Positions 56,097 through 64,000 of a stretch of 64,000 bases of DNA are shown piece after piece; the stretch's first letter is position 1; every line of letters begins with the position of its first letter. Source of the DNA: Candidatus Roizmanbacteria bacterium RIFOXYC1_FULL_41_16 (lineage in GTDB: Bacteria; Patescibacteriota; Microgenomatia; UBA1406); the NCBI GenBank assembly GCA_001788295.1, contig MGBO01000007.1, positions 14,263-78,262 on the forward strand. Direction: 5' to 3'. A model generated the notes under the pieces. It saw nothing but the letters and a program-made list of their open reading frames with translations. It did no database searches and was not told the origin of the DNA. A program made the translations under genes and the position numbers.

Positions 56097-56774
56097 ATGA
56101 GGATTCTTCTGATTGAAGACGAGCACAAACTGGCTAACGCAATTAAACGAGCATTAGAGTTACAAAAGTATGCCGTCGATGTCGTTTATGATGGAGAGGA
56201 AGGCTTTAATTTGACCATTGGAGAAGAAGCATGCGATCTGATTATTTCTGACATTATGTTACCCAGTCTCGACGGAATTGAGTTTTGCAAAAGAATTCGT
56301 CAGGAAGGAATTCATACCCCCGTTTTGATGTTAACCGCCAAGGGACAGATTCAGGACAAAGTCGTCGGACTGGATAATGGGGCCGATGACTATATGGTTA
56401 AACCATTCTCGTTTGATGAGCTTTTTGCTCGCGTGCGAGCGTTGGTACGCAGACCCAAGGGAGAACGTGATCCGATGTTAAAGATTGCGGATTTGAGACT
56501 AGACCCTGTTAACTTCAAAGTTATTAGAGCCGGTAAACAAATTAAACTTTCAACTAGAGAATTCTCCATTCTTGAGTACCTAATGAGAAATCAAAATAAA
56601 GTAGTTGGTAAAAAGCATTTAATTGCTCATGTTTGGGATTATGATGCCAATATATTACCAGGAACAGTTGAGGTGCATATCAAAAATATCAGAGATAAAA
56701 TTGACAAACCTTTTACCAAAAGGCTCATTCATACAGTTCGCGGATTTGGATACGAAATAAAAGTCGAAAATTAA
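56097..56774 (+). CDS. OmpR/PhoB family response regulator
   Basis: LLIEDE, DIMLP, MLTAK, GADDYMVKPF; winged HTH ending TVRGFGY. Confidence 0.96.
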   Translation: MRILLIEDEHKLANAIKRALELQKYAVDVVYDGEEGFNLTIGEEACDLIISDIMLPSLDGIEFCKRIRQEGIHTPVLMLTAKGQIQDKVVGLDNGADDYMVKPFSFDELFARVRALVRRPKGERDPMLKIADLRLDPVNFKVIRAGKQIKLSTREFSILEYLMRNQNKVVGKKHLIAHVWDYDANILPGTVEVHIKNIRDKIDKPFTKRLIHTVRGFGYEIKVEN

Positions 56775-56775
56775 T

Positions 56776-57792
56776 ATGTTTAACAAAGCCCGATTAAAAC
56801 TCACCATTTGGTATTTGGTGATTATCTTTGTAATCAGTGGATTATTTAGTGTCGCTTTTTATCATGCCTCTACCAGAGAGATTCAGAGAATTGTTAAGCG
56901 AATGCAAATAGCTCAGGAAGAATGGCAAGGTCGGTTTAGGAATTTTCCACTTTTACCCCCACCTCAAAGAGCCCCGAGTTTAGAAGAGCTACAGCTGGCC
57001 AAACAGCGACTGCTTATGAACCTTGTTTTTATTAATGGAGTTATTCTGGTTATCTCCGGTGGTGTTGCCTATTTTTTGGCAGGCAAAACTTTAAGGCCAA
57101 TCAAATTAATGGTCGATGAGCAGAATCAATTCATTTCTAATTCTTCTCACGAGCTAAGAACTCCATTATCTACACTTCGTGCTGAAATGGAAGGCAATTT
57201 GCTGGAAAAACACATCTCTGATAAACAGGCACGCAAATTGATTAATTCTAATTTGGAAGAAGTCGGCAGAATTCAAAACTTATCAAATAAGTTGTTGCAA
57301 TTAGCCAAGCTTCATTGTTCTTTGCCAATTAAATATACGGACAAACTCAAAATTAAAGAGATCATCGCCTTAGCGGTAAAAAGAGTTCAGATGTTGGCTA
57401 ATGCCAAACAAATTAACTTCCAGCTTAAACTAGATGATTCAATCGTCAAGGGTGATAAAGAAAGTCTTTGTGAACTATTTGTAATTTTGCTTGACAACGC
57501 CATTAAGTTTAACCATAAAAGGGGAACAGTAAGAATCGTTTCCAAAGTAATTGGAGATAAAGTGGTAATTTTGGTAAAAGATCAGGGTATCGGTATTCCT
57601 GAAAAAGACAAAAATCATATTTTTGAAAGATTCTACCGGTCAGACAAATCCAGGTCCCAAACTGAGGGCTTTGGTTTGGGCTTATCTATTGCTAAGCAAA
57701 TTGTTGAGAAGCATAACGGGGTCATTACTGTTAAGAGCAAGATTGGCAAAGGCTCAATTTTCACGATCTCTCTTTCTTTAGTGCAATTTTAA
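56776..57792 (+). CDS. Sensor histidine kinase
   Basis: Two TM helices, SHELRTPL, LLDNAIKF, DQGIGI, FERFYR, GFGLGL. Confidence 0.96.
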   Translation: MFNKARLKLTIWYLVIIFVISGLFSVAFYHASTREIQRIVKRMQIAQEEWQGRFRNFPLLPPPQRAPSLEELQLAKQRLLMNLVFINGVILVISGGVAYFLAGKTLRPIKLMVDEQNQFISNSSHELRTPLSTLRAEMEGNLLEKHISDKQARKLINSNLEEVGRIQNLSNKLLQLAKLHCSLPIKYTDKLKIKEIIALAVKRVQMLANAKQINFQLKLDDSIVKGDKESLCELFVILLDNAIKFNHKRGTVRIVSKVIGDKVVILVKDQGIGIPEKDKNHIFERFYRSDKSRSQTEGFGLGLSIAKQIVEKHNGVITVKSKIGKGSIFTISLSLVQF

Positions 57793-57820
57793 GCCATTCT
57801 TAAGATTCCTTTTTTACAAT
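57788..57820 (+). promoter_or_regulatory. Second response-regulator box plus -10, upstream of the efflux operon
   Basis: TTTAAG-N5-CTTAAG, then 10 bp, TACAAT, 9 nt, ATG. Confidence 0.75.
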
Positions 57821-57829
57821 ACCTTTACT

Positions 57830-59140
57830 ATGAACAAATTGGTAAGTTCTTGGAAAGCAAGATTAGTCATCTTAGTTGTCGCAATTGGATTTGGTCTTGG
57901 TGCTTGGCAACTGTTTGGCAAAACAAATCAAGCCAAAGTTAGCTACGAAACGATCGTTGCCGAAAAAAGTACATTTATCTCTTCCATCTCAGGTTCAGGC
58001 ATTATTACTTCCGGAAACTATACCAATGTCACTACAAAAACTGCGGGAGTTGTTAGTAAAGTGTATGTTACCAATGGTGACACGGTTACTCAGGGACAGA
58101 AGATTGCAGAAGTAGAACTTGATGATTATGCCAAAGAGCGGCAGTCAGCTGCTTGGGTTGCCTATCTGGAAGCCAAAGAATTATCTTTAGCCGCTGTTAG
58201 CGGTAAATCTGAAGCCGATATCGCCATGTGGCAGGCTCAACAGGCGGTGATTGATGCCCAAGAAGCCCTCGACGACTTAAACAATGGGGGCAACAATCCA
58301 GCCACTGACGAAGAGTATACTGAGAGCGAGCGGGCCATTATCCCTAAAACTTTGGATCAAAAACGGGAAGCTTTTACCGTGGCTGAAGCCAAATATTTGA
58401 ATGCTGATGCTGATATCTCTAACGCCAGTGCCAAAGTGACTGCAGCCTTGAGAGATTATCAAGAGAACTCAGCCACTATTGTGGCTCCTGCTGATGGGGA
58501 GATTACCGATCTGGCACTAGCAGAAGGATTAATTGTGGCCGCTAGCTCCACTACTTCACAAACCAGTGGCGCCACTATTGTTTCTGCTCAGACCGTGGGC
58601 AAGATAAATAATTCCAATGGGCAATTGATCGCCACAGTCAACCTAACTGAGATTGATATTATTAATGTCAAAGCTAACCAAAAAGTCACTCTTACTCTAG
58701 ACGCTTATGAGGACAAAACTTTCACCGGTAAAGTAATGGCGGTGAATACTAACGGAAGTGTTTCCTCAGGAGTGACTTCATATCCAGCCACGATTTTGCT
58801 TGATCCGGTTTCGGTAGAGATTTATCCCAATATGGCAGTTAGTGTTGAAATTATTACCAGCATCATTCCAGATGTGATCGTTCTGCCAGCTGCAGCTGTG
58901 CAACTAATTGGTGGTCAAAATTCAGTTCAAGTGAAAAAGGATGGCGAAGTGGCAACTGTTCAAGTGGAAGTTGGCGATGCCAGCGATTCACAGATAATTA
59001 TAACTTCAGGAATAAGGGAGGGCGATGAGATTATCACCTCAACAATTACAGATAGTAGTGACAAACAAGATGATACCAGTTCGCCATTTAGTGGCACTGG
59101 CGGCGGTAGAGGCGGTTTTGGGGGTGGAGTTCCTTTTTAA
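57830..59140 (+). CDS. MacA-like membrane fusion (adaptor) protein
   Basis: N-terminal anchor, lipoyl halves (VTNGDTVTQGQ; IVAPADGEI), alpha hairpin, GIREGDEI, Gly-rich tail. Confidence 0.9.
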   Translation: MNKLVSSWKARLVILVVAIGFGLGAWQLFGKTNQAKVSYETIVAEKSTFISSISGSGIITSGNYTNVTTKTAGVVSKVYVTNGDTVTQGQKIAEVELDDYAKERQSAAWVAYLEAKELSLAAVSGKSEADIAMWQAQQAVIDAQEALDDLNNGGNNPATDEEYTESERAIIPKTLDQKREAFTVAEAKYLNADADISNASAKVTAALRDYQENSATIVAPADGEITDLALAEGLIVAASSTTSQTSGATIVSAQTVGKINNSNGQLIATVNLTEIDIINVKANQKVTLTLDAYEDKTFTGKVMAVNTNGSVSSGVTSYPATILLDPVSVEIYPNMAVSVEIITSIIPDVIVLPAAAVQLIGGQNSVQVKKDGEVATVQVEVGDASDSQIIITSGIREGDEIITSTITDSSDKQDDTSSPFSGTGGGRGGFGGGVPF

Positions 59141-59151
59141 AAAACAAAGAC

Positions 59152-59826
59152 ATGTCAAAACCAATTATTAGTGTCAATCATTTGTCAAAAGTTTACAAAA
59201 CTGGTGACATTGAAGTCAAAGCGCTGTCAGATGTATCCATTCAAATCAATGAGGGTGAATTCGTGGCGATTATGGGTTCTTCTGGATCAGGCAAATCAAC
59301 GCTGATGCACATCATGGGGGCGCTAGATAAGCCTACGAGTGGTAGTTATCTGTTGGTAGGCCATAATGTGGAGTCTTTGTCAGATGATGAACTGGCAGAA
59401 ATCAGAAATAAAAAGATCGGTTTTGTCTTTCAGGCCTTTAATTTGTTAGCCAGAACCTCGGCTATTGATAACGTTAAGTTACCGATGGATTATGCGGGAT
59501 ATCCGGATAACGAACAAGAACAGCGAGCCAAACAAGTGTTACAAATGGTTGGTTTGGCAGACCGAATGGATCACTCGCCAAATGAACTCTCAGGAGGCCA
59601 GCAGCAACGTGTCGCCATTGCCAGAGCACTGGTAATGAAGCCGGCGATTATTTTAGCAGACGAACCAACTGGCAATATTGCCTCTGTCCAGGCTGAGGAA
59701 ATTATGGATATTTTTCAAAAGCTCAATGATGACGGACACACAATAGTCATGATTACCCATGAAGAAGACATTGCCGAACACGCCAAAAGAATAATCCATT
59801 TATTTGACGGCAAGATAAAAATATGA
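59152..59826 (+). CDS. MacB/LolD-type ABC transporter ATP-binding protein
   Basis: [38 protein letters not shown]. Confidence 0.96.
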   Translation: MSKPIISVNHLSKVYKTGDIEVKALSDVSIQINEGEFVAIMGSSGSGKSTLMHIMGALDKPTSGSYLLVGHNVESLSDDELAEIRNKKIGFVFQAFNLLARTSAIDNVKLPMDYAGYPDNEQEQRAKQVLQMVGLADRMDHSPNELSGGQQQRVAIARALVMKPAIILADEPTGNIASVQAEEIMDIFQKLNDDGHTIVMITHEEDIAEHAKRIIHLFDGKIKI

Positions 59827-61046
59827 AATTATCAAAACTCATCAAATCTGGTTTCAAAAATCTCGGAGTCAACAAATTGCGAACAGGCTTGGCGATACTT
59901 GGGATTGTGATTGGAATTGGGAGCGTAATTGCCTTGGTATCCATGGGTGAGGCTAGTAAATTGGCAGTGCAATCTCAAATTCAATCCATTGGTTCAAATT
60001 TGTTAACCGTGTCCCCTGGCTCACAAACCAGTGGCGCTGTGCGAGGGGCTCCGGGTGGTGCCACAACTCTCACAAATGAAGACGCAGAAGTGATCAAAAT
60101 CTCAGCACAGATAACGACGATAAAGAATGTTTCTCCAGAGTATTCTGGCCGTATCCAAGTCATTGCTGGTAGAAATAATAGTAATAGTCAAGTTGTTGGT
60201 GTGGAACCAGCGTATGCGGATGTTCGCAAAATAACTGTCTCTTATGGCGGTTTTATTACCTCACAGCACGTGTTTAGAATGTCAAAAGTGGCCGTACTTG
60301 GGCCCTCAATTGCTGAGGATCTTTTTGGTGAAAATACTAACCCTGTTGGCCAGACTATAAAAATTAACGGTAATGACTTTCTAGTCATTGGCATTACCAA
60401 GGCCAAAGGTGGTTCAGGGCCAACCAGTCAGGATGATCAAATATACATCCCTCTCTCTACCGCTCAAAAACAATTGTTTGGGGTCAAACACCTGACTTCG
60501 ATTGCTCTGGAGGCAACAAGTGAGAATGTGATGACTAAGGCTCAAAATGAAGTGGGTTATTTACTTTTAGCAAGACATAAATTATCAGATCCCGCCGAGG
60601 CAGATTTTCGCATCACTTCCCAAGAGGATTTACTAGATACAATTACTTCAGTTACCGGGACATTTACCACTCTTTTAAGTGGTGTGGCAGCAATTTCTTT
60701 GTTGGTTGGCGGGATTGGCATTATGAATATTATGTTAATGTCAGTCACGGAAAGGACCAGAGAAATTGGTCTTCGTAAAGCCCTTGGTGCCAAAAAGAAA
60801 ACCATTATTCAACAATTCTTAGTTGAATCAATTATTTTGACCTTTATAGGTGGTGTAATTGGCATAATCTTGGGTATTAGCGGTTTTTATGTTTATTCAC
60901 AAGTAAGCGGATCAGTATTTGTGGTAACAGTTCAATCGGTGATATTAGCTTTTGGTGTATCGGTTGGTATTGGCATATTATTTGGTTGGTATCCAGCTAG
61001 GCAAGCGGCTAATTTACAACCAATTGAGGCCTTGAAATATGAATAG
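59823..61046 (+). CDS. MacB/FtsX-type ABC permease
   Basis: LGIVIGIGSV, GGIGIMNIML.SVTERTREIGLRKALGA, YPARQAA...EALKYE. Confidence 0.95.
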   Translation: MKLSKLIKSGFKNLGVNKLRTGLAILGIVIGIGSVIALVSMGEASKLAVQSQIQSIGSNLLTVSPGSQTSGAVRGAPGGATTLTNEDAEVIKISAQITTIKNVSPEYSGRIQVIAGRNNSNSQVVGVEPAYADVRKITVSYGGFITSQHVFRMSKVAVLGPSIAEDLFGENTNPVGQTIKINGNDFLVIGITKAKGGSGPTSQDDQIYIPLSTAQKQLFGVKHLTSIALEATSENVMTKAQNEVGYLLLARHKLSDPAEADFRITSQEDLLDTITSVTGTFTTLLSGVAAISLLVGGIGIMNIMLMSVTERTREIGLRKALGAKKKTIIQQFLVESIILTFIGGVIGIILGISGFYVYSQVSGSVFVVTVQSVILAFGVSVGIGILFGWYPARQAANLQPIEALKYE

Positions 61047-61076
61047 TAATTATAAAAATAAAGGAGGTGATACATT

Positions 61077-61541
61077 ATGAAAAATAATCTTATGGTTACA
61101 GTTATAGTTGCGGTCGTTGTTGGAGGACTTGGTTTTTTTGGTGGGATGCAATACCAAAAGGCTAGTGCTCGACCATCAGCCACAGTGGGACAGTTCCAAG
61201 CACAAAATGGACAAGCTAGGCCCGAAGGTTTTCCAACTCGAGAAGGAACTGGTTCAAAGGGAGGCTCTGGTATAAATCCGGTTAGTGGTGAGATTCTTGA
61301 AATTGATAACAAGACAATAACCATTAAAACTCAGGATGGAAGTAGCAAAATAGTGATTTATTCAGGCTCTACCAATATAAATAAAACCTCTGAAGGTTCA
61401 ATGGATGATTTGCAGGTGGGAGAAGAAGTGATGGTGATTGGTACTCAAGACACAAATGGTACTCTAACTGCACAAACAATTTCTATTGGAGGAAGAGGCT
61501 TCCGCGGTATACCAGAACAAGAAATAGACAAAGAGCAGTAA
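61077..61541 (+). CDS. Membrane-anchored hypothetical protein with a small beta-barrel domain
   Basis: GFFGGMQY anchor; GEILEID...DLQVGEEVMVIG...AQTI; AGGAGG SD. Confidence 0.75.
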   Translation: MKNNLMVTVIVAVVVGGLGFFGGMQYQKASARPSATVGQFQAQNGQARPEGFPTREGTGSKGGSGINPVSGEILEIDNKTITIKTQDGSSKIVIYSGSTNINKTSEGSMDDLQVGEEVMVIGTQDTNGTLTAQTISIGGRGFRGIPEQEIDKEQ

Positions 61542-61583
61542 TTTACTGCATTGTGACAATCTGATATACTTGCTTCACAATTG

Positions 61584-62507
61584 ATGGTAGAAAAACCTAA
61601 TCCACTACAAACAGACGCTGTTCTTCTTTGTGGCTATGATTTAAAACCTGGATTCAACGGAAAAAACAAATTTTCATTAGAAGTTGGTGGTACTACAGAT
61701 ATATTAGAAAATACTCTTGACGCTCTTGATAATACTCAATTTGTAGATCGTATTTTTGTGGTCACCTCATCGGACAATGTTCAAGATAGATTTGTTGGAA
61801 GACAAAAAGAATATGTGTTAGTTAAGTCTCAAGGTAGTCTAATAAATAACATCGAGGCAGGAATTGAAAAACAGCAACAGCGAGGCGGTAAAAAACACGT
61901 TTTAATGGTTTGTTCTGACTTACCATTTTTGACGAGTCAATCTCTTGACTGGTTAGTTATCAACTCAAGGCCGGATTCAGATAATAAAGGCATAAAAATA
62001 CCTGTTGTTCCTCACACAAAAGTTCAAGAGTTATTGCCAATATACGAAACCTATTACTATCCCATGAGGGAGTTTTCTTTTAAAATGGGCAACAATATTT
62101 ATATAGACATAAATCTACTCAATGAAGAAAGAATAAGACTATTGGTCGATGGTTATAGAAACTCAGGATCTGATAATTATGTGTTAATGTCGTTGCAGAA
62201 AATGGCTTTATTACAAAGATATGGAGGAATCGAGGCAGTTTACACTGTAATGATTAACTACCTTTCCAAACTCCTTCAGATAAAATACGGCACAAAAAGA
62301 AGCGTTCCATTATCAGGGTTGAGGAAAAAAAGTGATTATGAGCGAGTAATATCCCGAATAATTGGACATAAGGCCGAACTTCTTGCGACTCCATTTGTCG
62401 ATATAGTTCTTGATGTCGACAATGCAGTTAGGTTAGGTATCTTCCAACGAGGATATGATCGTATTAGTCAAATAGTTAATAGACAATCTGATCAAACAAT
62501 AATTTGA
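61584..62507 (+). CDS. GT-A fold NTP-transferase-like protein (MobA/CofC-like), degenerate N-terminal motif
   Basis: DAVLLCG, NK..LEVGG, CSDLPFL, LDVDN. Confidence 0.65.
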   Translation: MVEKPNPLQTDAVLLCGYDLKPGFNGKNKFSLEVGGTTDILENTLDALDNTQFVDRIFVVTSSDNVQDRFVGRQKEYVLVKSQGSLINNIEAGIEKQQQRGGKKHVLMVCSDLPFLTSQSLDWLVINSRPDSDNKGIKIPVVPHTKVQELLPIYETYYYPMREFSFKMGNNIYIDINLLNEERIRLLVDGYRNSGSDNYVLMSLQKMALLQRYGGIEAVYTVMINYLSKLLQIKYGTKRSVPLSGLRKKSDYERVISRIIGHKAELLATPFVDIVLDVDNAVRLGIFQRGYDRISQIVNRQSDQTII

Positions 62508-62792
62508 TCGATTCTATTTTTTTATAACGTTTCATTTGTCTCGGTTATCAGACGCACGGGCTCCAGACCTAGGTGATCCGCCAATTGCAAGAACAGGTAA
62601 TAAGAGTGTAGATTTTATAGCAATGCTAAATAAGCGCAAATTAATACTAAGTGAATTAGACAAAACAGTTTTGAAATAGTCAAAAGCCGAGCCAAGAACA
62701 TCTGAAAGAAGTGTTAGTAACGTAGTTTAGAGAAATTGACATTCTGGTTAAAGATTTTATTATCAATCATAAGGGAGTAAAATAAGGGGAAA

Positions 62793-63551
62793 ATGATAGT
62801 CACGCCAATTAAGACCGGTAAGATTACGATCGACAATACCAGTTTGTTCTCTGTTCTTGATCAGCACCTGCCGTCGCTAAAAGAAAAATCGGTGGTGGTG
62901 GTGACGTCGAAAATTGTCAGTATTTGTGAGGGTCGGGTCCAGAGAAAAGTCGGGAACGAAAAAAAAGACGCTTTGGTTATTGCCGAAGCCGAATTGTATT
63001 TGCCAAGGCGGCAAAATCAATACGGCTTTATGATCACAATTAACCAAGGGACGATGATTGCCAGCGCCGGCATCGACGAGTCTAATGGTAATGGTTATTT
63101 TGTGCTCTGGCCCAAAAATCCGCAGAAAAGCGCGAACGATATTCGCCGCTATTTAATCAAAAAGCATCAGTTAAAACATCTTGGGGTAATTATTTCCGAC
63201 AGTCGAATTACTCCCTTACGGCGAGGTGTCACTGGGGTGTCTATTGCCCACAGCGGTTTTCGTTTATTAAATGATTATGTGGGCAAACCGGATATTTTTG
63301 GCCGGATTATGAAGGTGGAGAAAGCCAATATTGCCGATTCTTTGGCAACCGCGGCGGTTGTCGCCATGGGCGAGGGAGATGAGCAGCAGCCACTAGCTGT
63401 AATTGAAGATTTGGACTTTGTTCATTTTCAAGATCATAATCCTACCGCCAAGGAGTTAAAAAATAACCGAACTACGATTGAAACCGATGTTTTTTCCAAA
63501 ATGCTGAAAGCGGTTAAGTGGCAAAAAGGAAAGAAAGGAGTAAAAAAGTAA
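62793..63551 (+). CDS. CofE-family (F420-0:gamma-glutamyl ligase-like) protein
   Basis: VTSKIVSICEG, SAGIDESN, IISDS, DYVGKPDIFGR, MGEGDEQQP. Confidence 0.88.
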   Translation: MIVTPIKTGKITIDNTSLFSVLDQHLPSLKEKSVVVVTSKIVSICEGRVQRKVGNEKKDALVIAEAELYLPRRQNQYGFMITINQGTMIASAGIDESNGNGYFVLWPKNPQKSANDIRRYLIKKHQLKHLGVIISDSRITPLRRGVTGVSIAHSGFRLLNDYVGKPDIFGRIMKVEKANIADSLATAAVVAMGEGDEQQPLAVIEDLDFVHFQDHNPTAKELKNNRTTIETDVFSKMLKAVKWQKGKKGVKK

Positions 63552-64000
63552 TGTTCTGGAAAATAATTATACTAATTATGGCGGTTCTGGCTTTATTGGG
63601 AGTGCTTTGGATTAATGAACGGCCGGTGTCGGTCATTGAAACGCCGGAATCTGAGGTTAAGGTGTTGCCCGCAGAGGTCATTGAGAAAATCGGGCAGGCA
63701 CAATACGATAAGTCGTTTCAAGTGCCAATTCTTTTGTATCACTACGTTGAGTATGTCAAAGACACTAATGATACCATCAGACAATCGCTCAACATCACAC
63801 CGGATATTTTTGAAGAGCAGGTTAAAACCTTATCCGAGGCCGGCTACACTTTTTTGACAATGAGAGAGCTTGGTTTAATTATTGACGACAAGCAGGCGCT
63901 CCCGGAAAAGCCGGTGGTTCTGACTTTTGATGACGGGCACTGGGATATTTATACCGATGTCTGGCCAATTCTCAAAAAGCATCAAGCCAAAATAACCGTC
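63551..64000 (+). CDS. Polysaccharide deacetylase (CE4), 3'-truncated by window edge
   Basis: Not in the ORF track; read manually as MFWKIIILIMAVLALLG...VPILLYHYV...PEKPVVLTFDDGH, open to the end of the window. Confidence 0.9.
   Translation, partial: MFWKIIILIMAVLALLGVLWINERPVSVIETPESEVKVLPAEVIEKIGQAQYDKSFQVPILLYHYVEYVKDTNDTIRQSLNITPDIFEEQVKTLSEAGYTFLTMRELGLIIDDKQALPEKPVVLTFDDGHWDIYTDVWPILKKHQAKITV

Noticed and set aside
62508..62792. ncRNA or gene remnant in the 285-bp gap
   Set aside because: An open frame of about 50 codons has no clear homology, and I see no convincing RNA structure.
63593..63857. ORF-track entries 63593-63784 and 63615-63857
   Set aside because: They overlap the polysaccharide deacetylase frame that starts at 63551.
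1..64000. Alternative genetic code (TGA read as Gly or Trp)
   Set aside because: Conserved genes are uninterrupted in code 11 and several end in TGA.

Overview
A gene-dense bacterial chromosomal window in the standard genetic code. Near-zero intergenic spacers, promoters that end 6-12 nt before start codons, Pro/Thr-linker surface proteins, an archaeal-type UMP kinase and many glycosyltransferases suggest a Patescibacteria/CPR (Microgenomates-like) organism; this is inference. The core genes are sufB-sufD-sufU, rpsO-pnp, udk, ftsK, rpoB-rpoC-rpsL-rpsG-fusA (no tuf), a FemAB transferase, pcrA, tpiA, a surface-glycan cluster, cca, pyrH, recF, dnaG-rpoD and tRNA-Ser(CGA). Four accessory regions stand out. 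(1) A nucleotidyltransferase / HAD / HIT cluster around udk, with terminator-like leaders. (2) A 394-bp self-contained mini-cassette after fusA, flanked by 38-bp direct repeats and encoding a small membrane protein whose start codon sits in a hairpin loop. (3) An IS256-like element at the tRNA-Ser 3' end whose transposase needs a -1 frameshift at codons 2-4. (4) An AT-rich island after it, with an XRE / TIGR02391-like / EcoRI-family MTase / DUF262-HNH operon, an uncharacterised XRE / Clp-fold protease / beta-rich protein operon, and a two-component + MacAB-type module with readable regulator boxes. Also notable are a UMP kinase-methyltransferase fusion, an S15 with a histone-H1-like repeat tail, and RpoB and S12 substitutions at classical rifampicin and streptomycin positions. 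All family calls come from motif recognition by eye; no database searches were run.
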